The translations under genes and the position numbers were made by a program. This document shows, one piece after another, positions 48,942 through 57,617 of a stretch of 64,000 nt of DNA. The notes under the pieces are model-generated. The model searched no databases. It saw only the letters and a list, made by a program, of their open reading frames with translations, and was not told the DNA's origin. The DNA comes from a virus: positions 40,018 to 104,017 of IMG/VR virus record IMGVR_UViG_3300007169_000025. The stretch is one strand, 5' to 3'. Each line of letters starts with the position of its first letter. Position 1 is the stretch's first letter.

Positions 48942-49418
48942 ATGGATATAAGTGTTTACGGTACTAAGAATAAGAAGCTAATCAGAGACCTCTCTGACGC
49001 AGCGGAATTTTATGCGAACATCTTGCTTGATCCTAGAATGGCAAGGTCCATCGAATTAGATATTGAGATAGAAAAATCGCTAGAAGTTGAAGGCATGATG
49101 ATCAGCGAGGAAGATAAAAAGAATCCTCGATTTTTTACTATTCAACTTAGGAACAAAAAAACAGATGATGATATCTTTAAAACCTTAGCACATGAGATGG
49201 TGCATCTAAAACAATATGCTAAGAATCAACTTTATAAAAAGTTTGTAACTGCAAAAAATAAAAAGGGTGAAACCTTACAGACTTCCTGGGAAGGAAATAT
49301 TTGGAAACCTAAGCGTAATGAGCATAAGTACTTTGACAGTCCGTGGGAAGTAGAAGCATACGGTAGAGAAGTTGGTCTGTACCAGCGATGGGTAGAATAT
49401 AAAAATTATGTCGATTGA
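48942..49418 (+). CDS. Zn metallopeptidase-like protein (HExxH)
   Basis: LAHEMVHLKQ ... PWEVEAY. Confidence 0.8.
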   Translation: MDISVYGTKNKKLIRDLSDAAEFYANILLDPRMARSIELDIEIEKSLEVEGMMISEEDKKNPRFFTIQLRNKKTDDDIFKTLAHEMVHLKQYAKNQLYKKFVTAKNKKGETLQTSWEGNIWKPKRNEHKYFDSPWEVEAYGREVGLYQRWVEYKNYVD

Positions 49419-50388
49419 TACGGTAGTAGAAAAAGTACATAGACTACTATTAGATAATTTGCCTATTAGGACCACTCGTACTCCTAGTGGGTGGATGACT
49501 TTTGACTGCCCAATGTGTAACGATAAACGTAAGCGAGCCGGTATTATAACCAGCGGCGCAAAAATTTCTTATAACTGTTTTAATTGTAAGTATACTACGG
49601 GTTGGAGTCCTACTCCTGGTATTGGTAAGCGTTACAGAGATTTAGCAATTAGATTAGGTGCAGATCAAAAGCAAATACATGATGCTCAGATGGATCTGCT
49701 AAAGTACAGTGAAGAGCTTGAAAACGAAGAAATTGAAAATTATGTTTACAGTCTTAATAAGTTTAAGGTAATCGATCTTCCTGAACATGCAGTGATGATA
49801 GAAGATTTACCTGACGACCACGAAGTAAAAGTCTATGCTAAACAGCGTGGCTTATATGGATTGTATCCACTACTTTGGTTTGGCGCTGACCCATTGTATG
49901 CTAAACGATTAGTTGTACCATTTACATATAATGGTGAACTAGTTGGTTGGACTGCTAGACACATTAGTCCGCCTGATAAAAAAACACCTAAATATTTGCA
50001 TAAAATGAGCAGTGGATATGTCTTCAATGTAGATAGATTTGTTGATACTAAGCGCGAACTAGTAATTGTTGTTGAGGGTGTAGCTGATGCTATCATGATT
50101 GATGGTGTAGCAGTATTGGGCAATCATGTTACACCGGAGCAAGCTCATTTGATAAGCAAACTGGGTAATAGGATTATTTTATGTCCTGATCGCGATGACC
50201 CGGGCAAAGAGCTAATTGACGAAGCACTTGCGTTGGGTTGGGAGGTAAGTTTTCCTCCTTGGGAAGATGACATAAAAGATGCAAACGATGCTGCAAACAA
50301 ATATGGTCGTTTGCTAACGGTAGCTAGTATTATTAAGCACGCCACAGATAATAAAATCAAAGCACAAGTTAAAGCAAAGATGTTATGA
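49408..50388 (+). CDS. DNA primase (gp61-like)
   Basis: Zn finger CPMC...CFNC; TOPRIM VEG..DA, PDRD, KDAND. Confidence 0.9.
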   Translation: MSIDTVVEKVHRLLLDNLPIRTTRTPSGWMTFDCPMCNDKRKRAGIITSGAKISYNCFNCKYTTGWSPTPGIGKRYRDLAIRLGADQKQIHDAQMDLLKYSEELENEEIENYVYSLNKFKVIDLPEHAVMIEDLPDDHEVKVYAKQRGLYGLYPLLWFGADPLYAKRLVVPFTYNGELVGWTARHISPPDKKTPKYLHKMSSGYVFNVDRFVDTKRELVIVVEGVADAIMIDGVAVLGNHVTPEQAHLISKLGNRIILCPDRDDPGKELIDEALALGWEVSFPPWEDDIKDANDAANKYGRLLTVASIIKHATDNKIKAQVKAKML

Positions 50389-51149
50389 GAAATAAATTAT
50401 ACACAACCGGTTGTAGTTTTACATACGGGCACATTCCAGATTCGTTAGCAAACGACCCGCAGGCTATTCAAAACTATACCAAGGAACCTTGTCCATGGAC
50501 TTGGGCAGGACATATGAAGTCCCATTTTGACGAGTGTGTAAATGAAGCATGGGGTGGGGGCAGTAATCATAGAATGATACGCCGCTGTCATGAGTTTTTT
50601 AGTAATATAAACGATCCAGAGAATTGGGTAGCAGTAATTCAGTTAACTGATCCTTATAGATTTGAATACTTTGATAATGTTATACAGAACCATGTGGGTG
50701 TATTTCATTCAAACGAACATGTACTGTTAGACGATAAAACATCCAGATCAAAGACTATTGATTTAGACGATACGGTTCGTAGGTCCAAAACACCGGTAGC
50801 ATATAGGATGCTGTTTTTAAATTATGATTTAATTGCAATAGAACTTTTTGAAAAATTGATTGCATTAACAAGATTTTTAGAAAGTAAAAATATTGAATAT
50901 TTTGTTACCGCCATGTCAAACAAATGTGCGCCTGAAATAATCGCTAACGATTGTTCAAGCAATCACGCCAAGGATCTATTTAAGTTGTTGGATTTTGATA
51001 AAGTTGTTAGGTTACGGCCATTAAGCCATCAATTAGAAAACGAAGATGACTTTGAATCACCCACTGATCGGCATCCAAGTAAGCACGGGCATGAAAAGAT
51101 TTACAGATACATATATAACCACCTGAAGAGTCGAGGACTAGTAGCATGA
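50385..51149 (+). CDS. SGNH hydrolase-like protein
   Basis: TGCSFTYG, N.A.GG.SN, DRHPS..GH. Confidence 0.7.
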   Translation: MRNKLYTTGCSFTYGHIPDSLANDPQAIQNYTKEPCPWTWAGHMKSHFDECVNEAWGGGSNHRMIRRCHEFFSNINDPENWVAVIQLTDPYRFEYFDNVIQNHVGVFHSNEHVLLDDKTSRSKTIDLDDTVRRSKTPVAYRMLFLNYDLIAIELFEKLIALTRFLESKNIEYFVTAMSNKCAPEIIANDCSSNHAKDLFKLLDFDKVVRLRPLSHQLENEDDFESPTDRHPSKHGHEKIYRYIYNHLKSRGLVA

Positions 51150-52525
51150 GCGAAATAAAAGAATATACAGATGATGTGCAGGAACTGTTTGTAAAGTTTC
51201 TAATCAGTGACGCTGACTTATTTGCTCGTTGTCAAAACATTATTAAACCAGAATTTTTTAATCGTAAGTTTAAAACTACAGTTGAACTTTTAAAGGGACA
51301 CAGCGAGAAATATAACAGTATCCCTACATTAGAGCAGATTAATGCTATTGGTGGCCTAGACTTAGAAGTTATTCAAAACGTAACACCTGACCATCAAAAC
51401 TGGTTTATGGATGAGTTTGAGACTTTCTGTAGACATAAGGCATTAGAAAAAGCTATTATTGAAAGCACAGATTTGCTTGAAAAGCAAAACTATGGTGAAG
51501 TAGAAAACAAGATCAAAGCCGCAGTACAAACTGGGCTTGTAAAAGATTTAGGCTTAGACTATTTTGAAAATCCCAAGGAGCGACTTGAGTGGATCAAGAA
51601 GCAAGCAGGTGCAATAAGCACTGGTTGGAAGGGCATTGATCAGAAACTGTATGGCGGCCTAAATCGAGGTGAAATCACTGTATTCGCTGGCGGATCTGGT
51701 GCAGGTAAGAGTCTGTTCTTACAGAACTTTGGCGTCAACTGGAGTCTTGCAGGGCTAAACGTTGTTTACATAAGTTTAGAACTTAGTGAGCAACTTATTA
51801 GTATGCGATTAGACAGTATGGTCAGTGGACATGCTGCTCGTGAAATCATGCGTAATATCGAAGACGTTGATCTTAAAGTTCGTATGAAAGGCAAAGGCAA
51901 GGGTAAATTTAGAATTAAACAGATGCCCAGCGGTATCAATGCTAATGATATCCGTGCGTTTTTGCGTGAATATGAAATCCAAAGCGGTACCAAAGTGGAT
52001 GCATTGCTAGTTGACTACTTAGATCTAATGATGCCTATTGCTGCAAAGATTAGTGCAGAAAACTTGTTCGTTAAGGACAAGTATGTATCAGAGGAATTGC
52101 GTAATCTAGCAGTAGAGCGTAACTTACTTCTAGTAACAGCATCGCAGCTAAATCGTGCAGCGGTAGAAGAAATTGAGTTTGACCACAGTCATATTGCTGG
52201 CGGCATCAGTAAAATTAACACATCTGATAATGTTATCGGTATCTTTACAAGTAATGCTATGCGTGAGCGTGGACGCTATCAAATTCAGTTTATGAAAACA
52301 AGAAGCAGTAGTGGTGTAGGCAGTAAAGTAGACCTAAAATTTAACCCCGATACACTTCGTATTGAAGATTTAGAAGAAGGCGAAGAGGATGCAAGCACAG
52401 TTACAACTAAGGGGCTTGTTGAGCAGTTAAAGCGTAGTGGTGCTATTAAGGCTGAAGAACCACAAGCACAGGAAACAGTCAATTCCAGCCTTGCGTTGAT
52501 GGACTTCATTAAAGGTAAAAAGTGA
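51146..52525 (+). CDS. Replicative DnaB-like helicase (gp41-like)
   Basis: STGW..ID..LYGG, GGSGAGKS, SLELSE, VDYLD, TASQLNR, KTR. Confidence 0.93.
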   Translation: MSEIKEYTDDVQELFVKFLISDADLFARCQNIIKPEFFNRKFKTTVELLKGHSEKYNSIPTLEQINAIGGLDLEVIQNVTPDHQNWFMDEFETFCRHKALEKAIIESTDLLEKQNYGEVENKIKAAVQTGLVKDLGLDYFENPKERLEWIKKQAGAISTGWKGIDQKLYGGLNRGEITVFAGGSGAGKSLFLQNFGVNWSLAGLNVVYISLELSEQLISMRLDSMVSGHAAREIMRNIEDVDLKVRMKGKGKGKFRIKQMPSGINANDIRAFLREYEIQSGTKVDALLVDYLDLMMPIAAKISAENLFVKDKYVSEELRNLAVERNLLLVTASQLNRAAVEEIEFDHSHIAGGISKINTSDNVIGIFTSNAMRERGRYQIQFMKTRSSSGVGSKVDLKFNPDTLRIEDLEEGEEDASTVTTKGLVEQLKRSGAIKAEEPQAQETVNSSLALMDFIKGKK

Positions 52526-52547
52526 TAAATATACTTAATACTAAAAC

Positions 52548-52832
52548 TTGGAGACCGTTGTGAGACGCAGTCGCAGTATTCTAGAAGAGCTTAATCAAAT
52601 ATCAATTGACAGGGACCGTAACCATGTAGTGGAAAATCGCGGTGAACATGTTATCAGAAGCGCAATTAATCTCTTAGAACAAATTGACAGATACTACGAT
52701 GATGAAACTGCTAAAGATCTAACCAATAGATTAATTAACAGTATTAAAGGTCGCGACAGCACAAAATTCTCCAGGGGCATTAAGAAAGTTATTCGAGAAA
52801 GCCAATCCGGAGAAGACGATGCGACTACATGA
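52548..52832 (+). CDS. Hypothetical protein
   Basis: After GATAAATA 52524-52531; RSILEEL. Confidence 0.7.
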   Translation: METVVRRSRSILEELNQISIDRDRNHVVENRGEHVIRSAINLLEQIDRYYDDETAKDLTNRLINSIKGRDSTKFSRGIKKVIRESQSGEDDATT

Positions 52833-53691
52833 AATTGAAAACATCAACGAAGCACCATTAGATGTATTCAGACGCGGCGCAGCCGCTGCTAAAGCATTTA
52901 TGCAAAAGCCACAGGGCACTGCCCCGGCCCCAACGCAGAGTGATGCACCAAAGGCAGCGCCGGGCCGTTTAAAGGATGGTACTAAAGATTCAGGATATAC
53001 CTACGACGCCAAAACAAGAACATGGACACATCCAACTAAGGGCAAAGCAAGAGGCATGTTAAACCGTCAGCTTATGAATAAGTACGGTGCGAACGACAGT
53101 GGTGAGCCTTTAACTCCATCAGTAGGTCAAAAGATTAGCCAAAAATTGGGAGGGCCGTTTGCACAAGGATTAGATCCTAAAGCCGGCATCGCACAAAAAA
53201 TTGGTGCAAAAATTGGTTCAGCCCTTGGTCGTGGTGTGGCTGCATTAGTTCGTCCTAAAGATACAGATGGCGATGGTCAACCTGACACTGATCAAGATGC
53301 AGCACCTGCCGCAGCACCTGCTGCACAGCAACCGGCACCGTTAGCAAACTTTAAATTTGGTGATACCAGACCAGGTGTAGGCAGTTCAACTGATCAAGCA
53401 CTGGGTAAGATAATAAAACAAATGAGAACATTCAAACCTGCACAAGGTGCTAAACCATTGCCAGGACATATGATCTCTAGTATTGAAGATGATTTATCAA
53501 AAATGCGCGGCAATAAAGATTATGCTATTCGTGCTGGCGACGCAATTTTAAAATTTGCAGGAAAAGGATACGATGTATCAGCATTACAGCAAAAATGGTC
53601 ACAGGAAGCAGCTATTGCTAAAAAGCAAAGAATCATGCAGAGCAAGTTTAATGAAGAATTAAACATTTTAAGAAAATTAGCAGGTATCTAA
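52819..53691 (+). CDS. Putative internal head protein
   Basis: MRLHEIENINE start; low-complexity; ends EELNILRKLAGI. Confidence 0.6.
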   Translation: MRLHEIENINEAPLDVFRRGAAAAKAFMQKPQGTAPAPTQSDAPKAAPGRLKDGTKDSGYTYDAKTRTWTHPTKGKARGMLNRQLMNKYGANDSGEPLTPSVGQKISQKLGGPFAQGLDPKAGIAQKIGAKIGSALGRGVAALVRPKDTDGDGQPDTDQDAAPAAAPAAQQPAPLANFKFGDTRPGVGSSTDQALGKIIKQMRTFKPAQGAKPLPGHMISSIEDDLSKMRGNKDYAIRAGDAILKFAGKGYDVSALQQKWSQEAAIAKKQRIMQSKFNEELNILRKLAGI

Positions 53692-53692
53692 G

Positions 53693-54967
53693 ATGCGTTT
53701 TATTGAAATCTCAAAGCCCCTGATCACAGAGATTATTAGTGAAAGTCTAATCGCTGAAGCTGAAGGTAAGAACACTCACCTTGAGCATCTAGAGGATAAC
53801 ATCTTTAACAAGGGCTTTGCGGGCGCCAAGGAAGCGATTGATTATCTTTACAGCCTTCATGAAATGTTAGAAGGACACAGCAAAGGTGCAGTAAGCATGA
53901 CCACTAAGTGGGACGGTGCACCAGCAGTAGTTGCCGGCCGTGATCCTGCCACTGGTAAGTTCTTTGTAGGCACTAAGGGTGTGTTTGCAAAAAGTCCAAA
54001 ACTAAATTTTACTGTTGCTGACATTAAGGCAAACCATCCTGCAGAAGGATTGCAAGAAAAGTTGATTGTAGCCCTAAAGAATCTTAGTAAGTTAAAATGG
54101 AATACTGTTGTACAAGGTGACATGCTGTTCACACGCAGCGACCTTAAAGAAACTACTATTGACGGTGTAGAATATATTACATTTCAACCAAACACAATCG
54201 TATATGCAGTACCAAAGGACAGCGATCTAGCTAGACAAATTATGAGTGCCGAAATGGGTATTGTATGGCACACTGAATATCCAGGTGGCCCAACACTAGC
54301 AGACACTACTGCAACCTTTGGATTTGACAGTAGTCAGTTAGGCAGTACTCCTAGTGTATGGCATCGCGATGCTCGCATTCAAGATCTTAGCGGTACAGTT
54401 ACATTAACTGCCGCCGAAAGTGCAAATGTAATGGAAGCTATTAGCGAAGCTGATCATTATCTCAAAGGAATTCCTGCTGCTACATTTAGTTGGTTAGAGA
54501 AAGGCAATGAAATAATTGGTCCTGACTTTATACAGCAATTGAAAGCACACGTCAATAACAATATTCGAGCAGGCGCATTTGATGCACCTGAAAAGTTTGC
54601 ACAAGGTTTTGTACAGAAGTATATAGACTTCATGCAAAAGAAAATTGATGGCTACAAGACCGCAGAAAAGCAAGCAGCCGCCACTGAACAACTAACACAA
54701 GGCGTGCAATTTATTAGACAGCATGTAGCTGATATTGTTGCTGTATATGATTTGTATCTTAAGATCATTGAAGCAAAAATTCGACTAATCCGTAAGTTGG
54801 AACAGATCCGTCAGATACCTACATTTAAACAAGAGGGCGATGCATTCGTAGCAACCAACGAAGAAGGCTTTGTTGCTGTTGACCGCATTGGTAATGCGCT
54901 TAAACTTGTTGACCGTTTAGAATTTAGTAGATTAAATTTTGGTAGTGGTAAGCCTGGGAGCAAGTAA
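53693..54967 (+). CDS. Covalent nucleotidyltransferase/RNA-ligase-like protein (DUF6267-like)
   Basis: HLEHLED; motif I TKWDG; QGD; motif IV EEGFVA; motif V LKLVDR. Confidence 0.6.
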   Translation: MRFIEISKPLITEIISESLIAEAEGKNTHLEHLEDNIFNKGFAGAKEAIDYLYSLHEMLEGHSKGAVSMTTKWDGAPAVVAGRDPATGKFFVGTKGVFAKSPKLNFTVADIKANHPAEGLQEKLIVALKNLSKLKWNTVVQGDMLFTRSDLKETTIDGVEYITFQPNTIVYAVPKDSDLARQIMSAEMGIVWHTEYPGGPTLADTTATFGFDSSQLGSTPSVWHRDARIQDLSGTVTLTAAESANVMEAISEADHYLKGIPAATFSWLEKGNEIIGPDFIQQLKAHVNNNIRAGAFDAPEKFAQGFVQKYIDFMQKKIDGYKTAEKQAAATEQLTQGVQFIRQHVADIVAVYDLYLKIIEAKIRLIRKLEQIRQIPTFKQEGDAFVATNEEGFVAVDRIGNALKLVDRLEFSRLNFGSGKPGSK

Positions 54968-55728
54968 TGGAATTTCTGTTACTTGATAAGGTATTAACCG
55001 AGTCTAGACTATACAGATATAGTAGAAATTTTGCTGATCTTGATGGTAAAGATGTTGCTAATCTTTTGTATCTAACTACATTAGTTACATACATGCTTAC
55101 GTTAGACGATGAAACTGAAGACTACGGTTTAACTTATGCTAAGAAAACTGTACAGTACGGTGGTTACTTATTATTTAGGACACACGCCACCGACTTGTAT
55201 CTATTAGCATATGCTGTAGCTAATCCTCAGAATAAGCAAGTCAACTTAAAAAATTCCAGTAGTAACGAATATCTAGGAAGATTAAAATTTCAACCAAAGC
55301 TGCATTGGCGATTCATTATGGATATGTCCAATGGATTGGTTACTAGTAACGATGCATATTCTAATCTCTATAGATTTGAAACACAACTAAAAATTACTGA
55401 TAGTAGATACAAGCGTTGGCGCCGATTGATTTTAGATTGGCGTAATCTAAAGAATATACAGAAGCAATTAGTTGTGGCTCAAGTAACACAAGAGTTTAGA
55501 AAAATTGCTCGAGGATCAGAATTATTAGTACCATTAACTGATATGTTAAAAGATCGAAACTATGTGAATTCAGATCTTGCTGCACCTGCTGCTGATATAT
55601 CCAGCGATGCTGTTGCAGCCGCAGCAACCGCAGCTCTTGCAAACAAACTGTCAACTCAAGTTGGTACACAAAATCTAGGCACAGGTATTGGCGCTTTAGC
55701 TGCATATTGGAATCGACGTCGAGCCTAA
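54967..55728 (+). CDS. Hypothetical protein
   Basis: 253-aa ORF, LTESRLYR near N-term. Confidence 0.7.
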   Translation: MEFLLLDKVLTESRLYRYSRNFADLDGKDVANLLYLTTLVTYMLTLDDETEDYGLTYAKKTVQYGGYLLFRTHATDLYLLAYAVANPQNKQVNLKNSSSNEYLGRLKFQPKLHWRFIMDMSNGLVTSNDAYSNLYRFETQLKITDSRYKRWRRLILDWRNLKNIQKQLVVAQVTQEFRKIARGSELLVPLTDMLKDRNYVNSDLAAPAADISSDAVAAAATAALANKLSTQVGTQNLGTGIGALAAYWNRRRA

Positions 55729-55806
55729 CTTAATTTAAATTTTCAAATTTTGATAAATAAACTTATACAAGCACGAAAGTGTGTATAATATTTTAGGAGA
55801 ATAACA

Positions 55807-56133
55807 ATGGCCCAGACAAGAGTAAATGGTGGTGCAGCATCAGGTCAGTTTCTAACAGGCGCACTAACATGGTTCAAGATTGACGAAGTTAACGGTGCAG
55901 CAAACATTGCAAACTTTGGCTTCACAGCCGGATCAGCAGATCCAGGTGAGAAGGTACTAAATGCTTTCGCAACTGTTGCTAACCCAGTAGTAGTTGAAAG
56001 TGCAAATGCTCGTATTATGTACGTTGCTACAGAAGTAAACGGCATTACAGCATCATCACTACAGACTGCAATCCGCGCAGCTGGTGGTCTAAGCAACCTA
56101 ACAGTTGTAGCTGGTACACTAACTGTAGTCTAA
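55807..56133 (+). CDS. Small late (probably virion) protein, paralogue family
   Basis: Late promoter 55752-55759, ttttaggagaa SD, terminator. Confidence 0.75.
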   Translation: MAQTRVNGGAASGQFLTGALTWFKIDEVNGAANIANFGFTAGSADPGEKVLNAFATVANPVVVESANARIMYVATEVNGITASSLQTAIRAAGGLSNLTVVAGTLTVV

Positions 56134-56151
56134 TAAGTTTTAAAACTTATG

Positions 56152-56183
56152 AAAAAGCCCTCGCTAGTCGGGGGCTTTTTTTT
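56152..56183 (+). terminator. Intrinsic terminator
   Basis: aaaaagccctcg-ctagt-cgggggcttttt + ttt. Confidence 0.85.
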
Positions 56184-56248
56184 GATTTAATTTTTTAACC
56201 TATTCAAATACCTAGATGTGATAAATATAAAATATTGGAGATACACAC

Positions 56249-56656
56249 ATGAGTTACACATCACGGTCCGGCGCAATGGGTAGTGCTGAAGTTGTTACAG
56301 GTAATATTGAATTTTACACTTTGTTTACTACATTAGACATTACAAGAACTGGCGATTATAATGATAATAGTCAAAAAGATTTTGAAAGTGTTGTTCAAGT
56401 TATCGGACTACGAGCTATGCCAATTATGATGAACGAGCCAGTTTATCTAAACGGCACTGGTAGTTTAGTACTAGAGAACTTTGGAGCACAGTCATTAACA
56501 GGCGCAGGTTGGATTTTTAAGTTTGCATTTGAACGAGCTGAAGTACACACTATACAGACATTAACCGACGAATTACACGGGATTGTGTTGTTTGATGGTA
56601 CAATTGATACTAAAAACACAATTAATATGGAATTTAGTAAACAGGATCTACTATAA
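56249..56656 (+). CDS. Small late protein, paralogue family
   Basis: Late promoter 56220-56227; FESVVQVIGLRAMP. Confidence 0.7.
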   Translation: MSYTSRSGAMGSAEVVTGNIEFYTLFTTLDITRTGDYNDNSQKDFESVVQVIGLRAMPIMMNEPVYLNGTGSLVLENFGAQSLTGAGWIFKFAFERAEVHTIQTLTDELHGIVLFDGTIDTKNTINMEFSKQDLL

Positions 56657-56901
56657 TGTCTGAAGCAGAAGCCAAGAAAGAGCAAAAACAGATGTACCTA
56701 GAAGGCGCACATTTGGAAGCACATATTATTGCTGACATGTTGCGTATTGAAAACATCACTACAGAATTGCGCGACTTTAAGCAAGGTACCGAAAAGCGTC
56801 TAGATAAGATGGAAAATTGGATCATCGGTATTGTTGCTCTTACAACTACTACTCTACTTGGTGTTGTAACTGCATTACTAATCAAGGCTTTGGGGGCATA
56901 A
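56656..56901 (+). CDS. Coiled-coil + C-terminal TM protein (XhlA-like architecture)
   Basis: RLDKMENWIIGIVAL... Confidence 0.6.
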   Translation: MSEAEAKKEQKQMYLEGAHLEAHIIADMLRIENITTELRDFKQGTEKRLDKMENWIIGIVALTTTTLLGVVTALLIKALGA

Positions 56902-57617
56902 TGAAAATTAGTGAACTAAAGGGAGTAATGGGTGCTATTGAGTTCCACAACGAACTTAATCCTTCTCTTTGGGACAACTATAATTTAAAACCAGAAGTAT
57001 CTGATCGACTTTCAAAGATCGCACAATTTTTTATAGATTTTTTAGATGTAGAAGATTTAAAAGTAACTGACATTACTATTTCCGGCAGCAATGCTGCATA
57101 TACATATACACCTAAGAGTGATATTGATTTACATATTGTGGTAGCAGTTGACGCGGATAAGCAAACTTTTATGCGTAATTTCTTTGACGCTAAGAAAACA
57201 GTTTTTAACAATCAACACGAAATAGTTATTAAAAAACAACCTGTAGAACTATATGTTCAGTTTAGCGATCAACCTCATGCTAGTGCAGGTATCTTTAGTT
57301 TAATGACACACAAGTGGCTGTCAAAACCAAAGAAGGTAGAAGCAAAAATTAACGATAGTGATGTGCAGTCAAAAGCTAAAACTTATGTAAATGCTATCAG
57401 TGATGCTATTCAAAAGCGCGACTTAGATGCAGCTAATAAAATTTGGGATAGGATCAAAGAAGATCGTAAGGAAGGACTCAGTAAGCATGGTGAGTTTGGT
57501 ACAGAAAATTTAGTTTTTAAAACACTTCGTAATGCTGGATTTCTAGAACTACTACAGAAGTTTAAGCAAGTGTATGTTGATCAACAATTGAGCTTGGAAC
57601 ACGCAAATGAAATTTAA
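56901..57617 (+). CDS. Pol-beta-superfamily nucleotidyltransferase
   Basis: SGSNA.Y.Y...SDIDLH and third acid PVELYVQ; ENLVFK.LR; start MKISEL. Confidence 0.8.
   Translation: MKISELKGVMGAIEFHNELNPSLWDNYNLKPEVSDRLSKIAQFFIDFLDVEDLKVTDITISGSNAAYTYTPKSDIDLHIVVAVDADKQTFMRNFFDAKKTVFNNQHEIVIKKQPVELYVQFSDQPHASAGIFSLMTHKWLSKPKKVEAKINDSDVQSKAKTYVNAISDAIQKRDLDAANKIWDRIKEDRKEGLSKHGEFGTENLVFKTLRNAGFLELLQKFKQVYVDQQLSLEHANEI

Noticed and set aside
56133-56150. Palindrome ataagttttaaaacttat (and tttcac/gtgaaa at 25560-25575) as operator sites
   Set aside because: They lie between stop codon and terminator, so they are more simply 3' mRNA hairpins; AT-rich and not shared in sequence
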